A stretch of 42,083 bases of DNA from Minisyncoccota bacterium (GTDB taxonomy: Bacteria; Patescibacteriota; Minisyncoccia; Phycocordibacterales; DSPV01), in NCBI GenBank assembly GCA_036517235.1, contig DATDXL010000001.1, positions 1 to 42,083 of the forward strand, given 5' to 3'. The notes beneath the pieces are model-generated. The model was not told where the DNA came from. It searched no databases and saw only the letters and a program-made list of their open reading frames with translations. The position numbers and the translations under genes are program-made. Every line of letters starts with the position of its first letter. Position 1 is the first letter of the stretch. Below are positions 33,892-41,491 of the stretch, one piece after another.

Positions 33892-35151
33892 ATGTTATTC
33901 GATCTCAAAGTCATAAAATCAGTTCTAGATCAACTGCAAGAAGAACGCGGGATTGCCCGTGAAAAAGTGATCGAGGCAATAGAGATTGCTCTTGCAACAG
34001 CATACAAAAAAGAGTATGGGAAGAAAGGGCAGATCATACGCTCAAAGTTCGATCCCGATTCCGGCAAAACAGACTTTTTCCAAGTGAAAGTGGTTGTTGA
34101 TCCGAGCACCGTGCTTATGCCCGATGAGGATGCGCCTGAGGGAGAAGAGCTCGCATCTCCGCAAACCTCTGATACTGAAAAGATCCATTTCAATCCAGAA
34201 CATCACATTCTACTTGAGGATGCTCAAAAAATGAAAACCGAGGTGAAAGTAGACGACGAGCTTGTGTTTCCTCTGGAAGAAAAGTCTGACTATGGAAGAA
34301 TCGCGGCTCAAACTGCGAAACAGGTGATAATCCAAAAAATCCGTGAGGCCGAGAAGATATCCGTGATGGAAGAGTTCGGCAAACGCGAAGGAGAGATCGT
34401 ATCCGGAACCGTCCAGAGAATCGAACGCGGCAATCTCTTCGTGGATATGGGTCGCGCGAGCGCTGTACTCCCCTACGAGGAGCAAATTCCTGGGGAACGC
34501 TACAAGCAAGGTGAGCGCATCCGCGCGTATCTCCTCAAGGTAGATGAGACGCCTAGGGGTATTTTCCTTAAGCTCTCGCGCTCACACCCCAAATTCCTGG
34601 AACAGCTCTTCGCCCTTGAGACGCCCGAAATCGCAAGCAAGGTGGTAGAGATAAAGGCAATCGCGCGTGAAGCAGGATCTCGCTCGAAAGTAGCCGTAGT
34701 ATCGCACGATCAACACATCGACCCGGTAGGCTCTCTCGTGGGCCAGCGGGGTGTTCGTGTGTCAACCGTCATGTCTGAGCTCGGTGGAGAAAAAATAGAC
34801 ATCATCGAGTGGTCAGAGAATCAGAAACAATTCATAGAAGATGCCCTCTCGCCTGCGCGCGTGATCTCTGTGGAGATCACCGACGAGCAAGCAAAACAGG
34901 CAAAAGTCTCTGTCGCCACTGATCAGCAATCGCTCGCCATCGGCAAAGGAGGACAAAACGTGCGCCTTGCGGCAAAGCTCACGGGTTGGCGTATTGATAT
35001 CCAATCGGATCAAAATCTTGAAGAAAAGGATGACTCAGAAAAAGCCGAGGCAGTCGCAGAGACAACTCCTGAGGAGACCCAAAAAACAGAAAAAACCGTC
35101 GCTACCGAAGAGAAATCTGAGAAAAAGAAAAAAAAGGAAAAAGGGAAGTAG
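33892..35151 (+). CDS. nusA: Transcription termination/antitermination factor NusA
   Basis: 419 aa from MLFDLKVIKSVLDQLQEERGIAREKVIEAIE, with S1 and two KH domains (GQRGVRV, AIGKGGQNVRLA) and a Lys/Glu-rich tail. The upstream part of the track ORF is leader sequence. Confidence 0.9.
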   Translation: MLFDLKVIKSVLDQLQEERGIAREKVIEAIEIALATAYKKEYGKKGQIIRSKFDPDSGKTDFFQVKVVVDPSTVLMPDEDAPEGEELASPQTSDTEKIHFNPEHHILLEDAQKMKTEVKVDDELVFPLEEKSDYGRIAAQTAKQVIIQKIREAEKISVMEEFGKREGEIVSGTVQRIERGNLFVDMGRASAVLPYEEQIPGERYKQGERIRAYLLKVDETPRGIFLKLSRSHPKFLEQLFALETPEIASKVVEIKAIAREAGSRSKVAVVSHDQHIDPVGSLVGQRGVRVSTVMSELGGEKIDIIEWSENQKQFIEDALSPARVISVEITDEQAKQAKVSVATDQQSLAIGKGGQNVRLAAKLTGWRIDIQSDQNLEEKDDSEKAEAVAETTPEETQKTEKTVATEEKSEKKKKKEKGK

Positions 35152-35323
35152 ACGTGCCCATACCCCTGGCTTCTTTTTGTCGTTCCCTAAAAACAAAAAA
35201 TGACTGTTGCAAGAATAAGGGCAAGTGAGTACTATGTGAAATCATTCGCCAACGAGGCTTTCTTGTGCAGACAAGCGAAACAAGTAATGAATGTGCCATT
35301 ATAATTAACGTTTGAAGATCACC

Positions 35324-37345
35324 ATGGACCAACTGTTTTTGAACATCAGCAATCCTTTCATGCTCTTTGCACTCATCGCCGCCGTAGTGGCTATTGTGTA
35401 CGGCTTGCTGCTAGCACGTACCATATTCAAGAGAAGCCCCGGTAATGCCCGCATGCAAGAGATATCTGATGCGATACGCCAGGGTGCGAAAGCATACCTC
35501 AACCGACAATATAAGACCATCGGAGCCATCGCTCTCGTCCTTTTCATCATCTTATGGGCAGCACTGGATCTGCGCGTGGCGCTTGGATTTATTATCGGAG
35601 CATGCTTCAGTGCGCTTGCGGGCTACATTGGCATGAACGTCTCGGTGCGCACGAATGTGCGTACCGCGGAAGCCGCACGCCAGGGACTTGCCCCAGCGCT
35701 CTTGCTCGCATTTCTGGGCGGAAGCGTGACAGGACTCCTTGTCGTGGGATTGGCACTTCTTGGTGTCGCCGGATTTTATGCGATTACGGGAGATGTAAAA
35801 TCTCTTATCGGACTTGGCTTTGGGGCAAGCCTCATTTCAGTATTCGCTCGTCTTGGAGGTGGCATTTTCACCAAAGCAGCTGACGTCGGCGCTGACCTCG
35901 TTGGGAAAGTGGAAGCGGGGATCCCCGAGGATGACCCCAGGAACCCTGCCGTCATCGCTGACAACGTCGGTGACAACGTCGGTGACTGCGCGGGTATGGC
36001 AGCCGATCTTTTTGAAACCTACGTGGTAACCCTGGTTGCAACCGCGCTTCTCGGTCACCTTATCTTCCCAAACTTTGCCGGAGCAATCATCTATCCGATC
36101 GCCCTTGGCGGAACCGCCATTATCGCTTCTATCATTGGAATGTGGTTCGTCCGTCTCGGCAAGAGTCAAAACATCATGGGAGCGCTCTACAAGGGTCTTA
36201 TCGCTGCCGGTATCCTCTCTGCAATTTCCTTTTATCCTCTCACTAAAGTCCTCATGGAGGGAAATGGCCTCTACACAACGACCAACCTCTTCATCGCCGC
36301 GCTCGTGGGACTTCTCGTAACCGCAGCGTTCGTCATCATTACTGAATATTACACCTCAACAAAATATAAACCGGTACAGTCTATAGCCAAGGCATCACTT
36401 TCTGGGCATGGCACAAACATCATCCAGGGGCTTGCGGTTTCCATGAAAGCAACTGCTTTGCCTTTGATTACCATCGTTGCGGGAATTCTTATCACCTACC
36501 ACGTGGCAGGTCTCTATGGTATCGCGATCGCCGCGATGTCGATGCTCTCGATGGCGGGCATCATCGTCGCTATTGACGCGTATGGACCTATCACCGACAA
36601 CGCGGGGGGTATCGCTGAAATGGCAGAACTCCCTAAAGAAGTGCGCGATGTCACCGACCCCCTTGACGCGGTAGGAAATACAACCAAGGCGGTAACTAAG
36701 GGTTACGCTATCGGTTCTGCGGCATTGGCAGCACTTGTGCTTTTTGCCGCGTACACGCAAGAATTTGCTTCTCTCGGAAAAGAACTGGTCTTTGCCCTTG
36801 GCGACCCCAAAGTCATCGTGGGACTTTTCGTAGGAGGTCTTCTCCCCTACTACTTCGCAGCTCTCGCGATGGAAGCGGTGGGAAAAACCGCCGGAGAAGT
36901 CGTCAATGAGGTGCGAAGACAGTTCAGAGAGATAAAAGGCATCATGGAGGGCAAGGCGAAACCGGATTACGCGCGAGCAGTTGATATAGTCACCGGTGCC
37001 GCAATCAAACAAATGGTGCTTCCTGCTCTTATACCAGTGCTCGCGCCGATCATTGTCGGTTTTACGCTTGGACCTGTGGCGCTGGGCGGATTGCTCGTCG
37101 GCTCCATCATCACAGGGCTATTCGTCGCCATTTCTATGACATCTGGAGGCGGTGCATGGGATAATGCGAAGAAGTACATCGAGGCAGGAAATTTTGGAGG
37201 AAAGGGTTCTGACGCGCACAAAGCGGCCATCACCGGCGACACGGTAGGAGACCCGTACAAAGATACGGCTGGGCCAGCGATAAACCCCATGATTAAGATA
37301 TTAAACATCGTAGCGTTACTATTGGTAGGTTTTCTTGCTAAATAA
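35324..37345 (+). CDS. hppA: Membrane-bound proton/sodium-translocating pyrophosphatase
   Basis: 673 aa from the ATG at 35324, with [37 protein letters not shown] and [14 protein letters not shown] motifs. Confidence 0.95.
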   Translation: MDQLFLNISNPFMLFALIAAVVAIVYGLLLARTIFKRSPGNARMQEISDAIRQGAKAYLNRQYKTIGAIALVLFIILWAALDLRVALGFIIGACFSALAGYIGMNVSVRTNVRTAEAARQGLAPALLLAFLGGSVTGLLVVGLALLGVAGFYAITGDVKSLIGLGFGASLISVFARLGGGIFTKAADVGADLVGKVEAGIPEDDPRNPAVIADNVGDNVGDCAGMAADLFETYVVTLVATALLGHLIFPNFAGAIIYPIALGGTAIIASIIGMWFVRLGKSQNIMGALYKGLIAAGILSAISFYPLTKVLMEGNGLYTTTNLFIAALVGLLVTAAFVIITEYYTSTKYKPVQSIAKASLSGHGTNIIQGLAVSMKATALPLITIVAGILITYHVAGLYGIAIAAMSMLSMAGIIVAIDAYGPITDNAGGIAEMAELPKEVRDVTDPLDAVGNTTKAVTKGYAIGSAALAALVLFAAYTQEFASLGKELVFALGDPKVIVGLFVGGLLPYYFAALAMEAVGKTAGEVVNEVRRQFREIKGIMEGKAKPDYARAVDIVTGAAIKQMVLPALIPVLAPIIVGFTLGPVALGGLLVGSIITGLFVAISMTSGGGAWDNAKKYIEAGNFGGKGSDAHKAAITGDTVGDPYKDTAGPAINPMIKILNIVALLLVGFLAK

Positions 37346-37473
37346 GGTATCTTTGTAAGGGTCTGGGAAGGGGTCGGGAAACGGGAGTTTCCCGTACAGG
37401 AGAGCAACGAGTCTGCGAGCGTTGAGAACCGTGGGTTCTCAAGGAGGAACCCGCAGCGGGTGACGACGATTCG
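37346..37473 (+). other. Structured 128-nt spacer between hppA and its duplicated 3' end
   Basis: It opens with GTATCTTTGTA (37347-37357), the reverse complement of TACAAAGATAC at 37256 and 37474. It contains the hairpins CGGGAAAC-ggga-GTTTCCCG (37375-37394) and TTGAGAACC-gtg-GGTTCTCAA (37422-37442). Confidence 0.6.
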
Positions 37474-37563
37474 TACAAAGATACTGCTGGGCCAGCTATC
37501 AATCCGATGATAAAGATATTGAATATTGTAGCCCTACTGCTTGTTGGATTCCTAGCGAAGTAG
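37474..37563 (+). pseudogene. Displaced duplicate of the last 29 codons plus stop of hppA
   Basis: It translates to [29 protein letters not shown], identical to the hppA C-terminus. 19 of 29 sense codons and the stop codon differ at the nucleotide level. There is no start codon, and an in-frame TGA lies at 37423. Confidence 0.8.
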
Positions 37564-37772
37564 TCTCATCGTCCTCCTCTCGACCATCCCTTTCATCTTA
37601 GATACTCTTGCGTCCACTAAAGGGCGTTGGGTATAATGAGCGGCAGAATACAAAGGCTTTATTGCCTAGCGAATGAGTGGAAAGAAGAAATCTTTTTTCT
37701 TCTTTCCCGAACGAGCGACGGCAACAAAGAAATCTGTTTTCTTTATTAATCGTAGCTAATCATATTCACTCA

Positions 37773-38354
37773 ATGAAAAAATATTCTGGTATCACTGCAG
37801 TAACTGTTGGTGTTTTGGGACTCATGTTCTTCGCGGCATCCGCGTCAGCGCAGGTAACGAATACAACAGGAACTCCGCGCGAAAAAATGCAGGAGAAAAG
37901 GGAGGAGGTAAAAACCAATATTCAAGAAAAAAGAGCTGACGTAAAAAATCGGCTCGAGGATAAAAGAAAGAATTTGATACGATCGTATTCAGAGCGCATC
38001 GTTAAAAATCTAACTCAAACACTCGAGAGACTCGAGAATATCGCCAATCGTCTCAGCACACGCCTTGACAAACTCGTAGGCGAAGGAGTGTCGGTAACAG
38101 AAGCACGAACCAAACTTGCGGTCGCCAAGACAAAGATCGAGGAAGCAACAACTGCAGTCGGTACGATAAAAACATTCGTAGAAACGATGCTAGCATCGGA
38201 AGATCCCAAGGCCGCCTTCGAGCAAGTGAAAGAAGCTATAGAGCAGGCTCACGAGAAGGTACGCGCCGCGCACGCAGCTCTTGTTGATGTCATTAACTCG
38301 ATAAAACCGGGTCTGAACATAAAACCAAGCACCACAACCCCAGCGTCACCATAA
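37773..38354 (+). CDS. Secreted coiled-coil (apolipoprotein-like helical repeat) protein
   Basis: 193 aa from the ATG at 37773, with the signal peptide MKKYSGITAVTVGVLGLMFFAASASAQ followed by charged heptad-like repeats. Confidence 0.55.
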   Translation: MKKYSGITAVTVGVLGLMFFAASASAQVTNTTGTPREKMQEKREEVKTNIQEKRADVKNRLEDKRKNLIRSYSERIVKNLTQTLERLENIANRLSTRLDKLVGEGVSVTEARTKLAVAKTKIEEATTAVGTIKTFVETMLASEDPKAAFEQVKEAIEQAHEKVRAAHAALVDVINSIKPGLNIKPSTTTPASP

Positions 38355-38380
38355 TCTTTTTAAAAAGTAAAAAAATCACC

Positions 38381-38656
38381 ATGGACCAATCAAACCAAAT
38401 ACCACCAGTAATGCCATCCGCGAAACAGAAATCGGTCGGACCGGTTGTCGGCATTATCATCATCGTTATCGTCCTCGTCATCGGCGCCCTCTACTTCTGG
38501 GGAGCACAGCTCAATCGACAATCGCCGGAAGATACGAGCACGCCGCCGCTGAGCTCTTCTGACAGTATCGAGAATATCAACGCAGATCTTACCGCAACAG
38601 CCATTCAAAGCATCGACCGTGATGTCGACTTGATGGGAGCAGAACTCACACAGTAA
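38381..38656 (+). CDS. Small single-pass membrane protein (91 aa)
   Basis: ATG ORF with the transmembrane segment VGPVVGIIIIVIVLVIGALYFWG and a terminator downstream. Confidence 0.5.
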   Translation: MDQSNQIPPVMPSAKQKSVGPVVGIIIIVIVLVIGALYFWGAQLNRQSPEDTSTPPLSSSDSIENINADLTATAIQSIDRDVDLMGAELTQ

Positions 38657-38674
38657 AATCTTATAATGCTCCGA

Positions 38675-38709
38675 AAACCCTCTCAGTTGGACTGAGAGGG
38701 TTTTTCTTT
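38675..38709 (+). terminator. Intrinsic terminator
   Basis: 12-bp stem AAACCCTCTCAG/CTGAGAGGGTTT with a 5-nt loop and a T-rich tail. Confidence 0.75.
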
Positions 38710-38714
38710 CCCGT

Positions 38715-38743
38715 TTGACGAGATACTAAACTGCCCGTACACT
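38715..38743 (+). promoter_or_regulatory. Sigma-70-type promoter upstream of tig
   Basis: TTGACG, a 17-nt spacer, then TACACT, ending 10 nt before the ATG at 38754. Confidence 0.45.
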
Positions 38744-38753
38744 AGCGAGACTT

Positions 38754-39794
38754 ATGCCCGCTAGGACAAAAGATAACTACACCATAGTAAGCGAAAAAGA
38801 GTTACCGAACTCCCTAAAAGAGTTTGCGGTTGAAATCTCTGTTGAGACATTCGAAACCTACCGCAAAGAGATACTCAAAAACACAGTAGCCGAAACTGAG
38901 CTTCCGGGTTTCCGTAAAGGAAAGGCTCCTGAAAAAAACGTGATTGCTACAATTGGAGAAATGGCGCTTCTCGAGAGAGCCGCGGAAAAGGCGATCAACA
39001 TCATTACCTTTTCCATCATATCCGAAAAAAAGCTTAGATTCGTAGGCCAACCATCGATAGCAATAACCACACTTGCACCAGGCAACCCCCTCCGATTTAC
39101 ACTTACGGTAAGCGTAGTACCTGAAATAACTACACCCGATTACAAAGAGATTGCAGCCACCATTAACCGTAAAAAAATTGAGCCAACGGAAATCACCGAG
39201 AGTGAATTCAAAGAATCGCTTACACGTATAGAAAAAATACTCTCTCAAGAAAAGAAGGCCGCTGGAGAAATTAAATCGTTCGAGCTAAACGACGAAGAGG
39301 CAAAAAAACTCGGCGGATTCGCGAATCTTGAAGAATTCAAGACAAAACTGAAAAAAGACCTGCTTGAGGACAAAAAGAATCGGGCAAAAGAAAAACGAAC
39401 TCTTGAAATCGTAGAGGCTCTCGTATCAAAAATGACCGTATCCTTGCCTGCGGCGCTCATAGAAGAAGAGATCGACCAGATAGAATCGGAGTTCGCTCAT
39501 GAAATGAGCCGCATGGGAGTATCCCTTGAGGAGTATGCTAAGCGGGTGAACAAAACGAAAGAGGAACTGCGAGAGGGGTGGCGCGACAACGCCGAGAAAC
39601 GGGCGAAATTCGAACTGCTCTTCCCCAGAATCGCCAAAGCTGAAAACCTCACCGTGCCTCATGATGAAGTGGAGCGAGAAACCAAACACCTGCTGGAACA
39701 CAACCCGGAAGCCAAAAAAGAAACCGCCGCGCTCTACGTCGAGCGCGTCCTCCTGCGCCAAAAAGTCCTCTCTTTTCTCGCGGAGCAGAAATAA
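38754..39794 (+). CDS. tig: Trigger factor, short form without an obvious PPIase domain
   Basis: 346 aa with the N-terminal ribosome-binding signature ELPGFRKGKAP. The C-terminal helical arm domain follows directly. Confidence 0.75.
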   Translation: MPARTKDNYTIVSEKELPNSLKEFAVEISVETFETYRKEILKNTVAETELPGFRKGKAPEKNVIATIGEMALLERAAEKAINIITFSIISEKKLRFVGQPSIAITTLAPGNPLRFTLTVSVVPEITTPDYKEIAATINRKKIEPTEITESEFKESLTRIEKILSQEKKAAGEIKSFELNDEEAKKLGGFANLEEFKTKLKKDLLEDKKNRAKEKRTLEIVEALVSKMTVSLPAALIEEEIDQIESEFAHEMSRMGVSLEEYAKRVNKTKEELREGWRDNAEKRAKFELLFPRIAKAENLTVPHDEVERETKHLLEHNPEAKKETAALYVERVLLRQKVLSFLAEQK

Positions 39795-39809
39795 CTCTGG
39801 CAAACTTTT

Positions 39810-40811
39810 TTAGGACTTTGGGCTTGGTGCTTCCAGCTTCTTTCTTACTATAAGCTCCAGCCTTTTGGCTTTGGAATGAGATAGCATTCCAAGATACGAC
39901 GGAAGGTTCTTTCCATTCACACACGAAAGCATGCGGTGCTTTGTTCTTGTCCTTAAAACTGTCCGATGCGGAAGAACGACGTATCCGAGAAAATCAACGC
40001 CTTGCCTTAATTTTCTAATCTCTATTTTCACCGGATGAAGCGAGAGAAATAATCGTTCGCGCAGAAATACTACGATATATCGTAGTATTTCTGTAAGCGA
40101 CGGGTCATCGGAAAAAATAAACACAAAATCGTCGCAGTAGCGGATATAGTATTTCTGTCTGAGTCTGTGCTTTATGAACTGGTCGAGCTCGTTAAGGTAA
40201 ATGTTGGAAAACAACTGGCTCGTGACATTGCCGAGCGGTAAACCCTTTCCACTGCTCGTCTCAAAAGACCTGACGATATGCACAACGAGCCCGAATAGCC
40301 TCTCGTCGGCTACCTTTTCGCGGATGAGTGAAAGAAGAATATGGTGGTCTATTGAATCAAAGAACTTCTTGATGTCACATTTGAGCACATAACCCTGTCG
40401 TCGAAAATTTGAAGTAACCTTTTGAGCAAAAATCTGGAGACGTTCTACGCCTGCATGGGTACCCTTTAGGTTTCGGGAAGAATAGGAGTCGTGGATAAAC
40501 GACGGGTCAAAAACGCCGTAGAGCCTTCGATACACTGCTTGAAAGAGCACTCGGTCTCTGACACTCGCTTTATGGATACGACGCAACTTAGGATCACGAA
40601 CGAAAAAAGATACGTATGGCTCGGGCTTCCATGTCCCTTGTGCTAGACTTTCATGGAGGGCGAAGAGCTCACCCTCAAGAGTAAGTTCAAATGCCGCAAT
40701 GTCCGATTTCTTTCGTTTTCCTCTGGCAAACTCGCGCCAAGCCGCAAAAAGATTTGGAAGTGAGATTACATCACAAAAACTAATACTATGATGACCCCCC
40801 CCCAACGACAC
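39810..40811 (-). CDS. DGR-type reverse transcriptase
   Basis: 333 aa with RT motifs KCDIKKFFDSIDH, LPLGNVTSQLFSNIYL (the DGR-typical [IL]GxxxSQ) and YIRYCDDFVFIF (YxDD). GTG start at 40811. The start is uncertain. Confidence 0.9.
   Translation of the reverse strand: MSLGGGHHSISFCDVISLPNLFAAWREFARGKRKKSDIAAFELTLEGELFALHESLAQGTWKPEPYVSFFVRDPKLRRIHKASVRDRVLFQAVYRRLYGVFDPSFIHDSYSSRNLKGTHAGVERLQIFAQKVTSNFRRQGYVLKCDIKKFFDSIDHHILLSLIREKVADERLFGLVVHIVRSFETSSGKGLPLGNVTSQLFSNIYLNELDQFIKHRLRQKYYIRYCDDFVFIFSDDPSLTEILRYIVVFLRERLFLSLHPVKIEIRKLRQGVDFLGYVVLPHRTVLRTRTKHRMLSCVNGKNLPSYLGMLSHSKAKRLELIVRKKLEAPSPKS
40062..40093. repeat. 32-bp perfect palindrome CAGAAATACTACGATA/TATCGTAGTATTTCTG inside the RT coding sequence
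   Basis: Verified self-complementary. It encodes TEILRYIVVFLRE and shares the 14-bp core TACGATATATCGTA with the palindromes at 24822 and 25305. Confidence 0.8.
40795..40803 (-). repeat. Homopolymer G9 (C9 on the plus strand) at codons 3-6 of the RT
   Basis: The plus strand reads ATGACCCCCCCCCAACG. On the coding strand it is GTG TCG TTG GGG GGG GGT. Confidence 0.8.
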
Positions 40812-40836
40812 CCTACCGATTATACATGCGATAAGA

Positions 40837-41151
40837 ATGCTGCATTTGGAGATTTACCGCATCGGTAAGAAACTGCCGAAGGGCGATAAGCTAGGCATTC
40901 ACGCGGAAGTTGAAAGGAAATGTTTCAAACTTCTCTCATGTTCCATAGAAGCCGCATATAGACCAAGAAAGGAAAAAACGGAAACGCTCGTGGAACTTCG
41001 CTTAACAACAGAAGTACTGAAGAATATCTGGCGCACAGAATGCGAACTTGGGATTGTGGATGAAAAGACCTATCTGCGCATCGCAGAGAAAATGGTAGAG
41101 ATATCAAAGATGACAAATGGTTGGATAACCTACACGCAAAAAGGAGCGTGA
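40837..41151 (+). CDS. avd: Avd-like four-helix-bundle accessory protein (23S rRNA IVS protein family)
   Basis: 104 aa. LEIYRIGKKLPKGDKLGIHAEVERKCFKLLSCSIEAA...LVELRLTTEVLKNIW...ISKMTNGWI follows the four-helix-bundle/Avd pattern. It lies on the strand opposite to TR and RT. Confidence 0.7.
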   Translation: MLHLEIYRIGKKLPKGDKLGIHAEVERKCFKLLSCSIEAAYRPRKEKTETLVELRLTTEVLKNIWRTECELGIVDEKTYLRIAEKMVEISKMTNGWITYTQKGA

Positions 41152-41170
41152 AAGCTCCTTTGATGCGAGA

Positions 41171-41276
41171 AACTTCGGGACGAAACCGCACGTTATCATT
41201 GGCATTGTCCAGATTCCAGTCGTTGACCTTCACCTTGCTATCGTTGAAGTTCACGTTCGGCACGTTACCGTCTGCG
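41171..41276 (-). repeat. DGR template repeat (TR)
   Basis: 41177-41276 aligns without gaps to 41513-41612. At all 20 mismatches this copy has A on the minus strand. Its translation NVPNVNFNDSKVKVNDWNLDNANDNVRFRP has 9 AAY codons. Confidence 0.9.
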
Positions 41277-41440
41277 ATTCGTTTTACCTCATTCCGTCCG
41301 TATCTCCGAGAATATTTCACAAAATTCTCTGTGTCCCACTCGGGGTACTCCGATCATGGTATGGAACAAGGCAAGCAGTTTCTTTGTGTGTGACCAATCG
41401 CCATACGCTTTAGCGGACCGACTGCACAGTCAACGTTAGT

Positions 41441-41472
41441 ATAGAAAATGCACCCTGATTGCTCAAGGTGCA
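41441..41472 (-). terminator. Hairpin plus T run about 20 nt after the target-gene stop
   Basis: On the minus strand, TGCACC-12 nt-GGTGCA is followed by TTTTCTAT. It could be a terminator or a VR-proximal structural element. Confidence 0.35.
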
Positions 41473-41491
41473 CGTGTGAAGAGTACAAGGG

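Noticed and set aside
37346-37473. hppA downstream spacer as a known ribozyme, SRP RNA or tRNA-like gene
   Set aside because: No hammerhead (CUGANGA/GAAA), SRP helix-8 or tRNA T-loop consensus is visible. It is kept only as an unclassified structured element.
39810-40811. RT as a group II intron maturase, retron RT or Abi-type defence RT
   Set aside because: There are no intron RNA domains or an X/En extension, and no msr/msd-like inverted repeats. The [IL]GxxxSQ motif, the adjacent Avd-like gene and the adenine-specific TR/VR pair all point to a DGR.
40925-41320. 131-aa minus-strand ORF with an Asn-rich segment (NVPNVNFNDSKVKVNDWNLDNANDN)
   Set aside because: The ORF is simply the DGR template repeat read in the target frame, and it runs antisense through the avd gene. 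The Asn-rich block is the AAY-rich TR, not a protein-coding gene.
41441-41472. Hairpin after the VR as the DGR target-recognition cruciform
   Set aside because: The stem is only 6 bp with a 12-nt loop. It lies about 35 nt beyond the end of VR homology and is followed by a T run, so an ordinary terminator is the simpler reading. It is reported at low confidence only.
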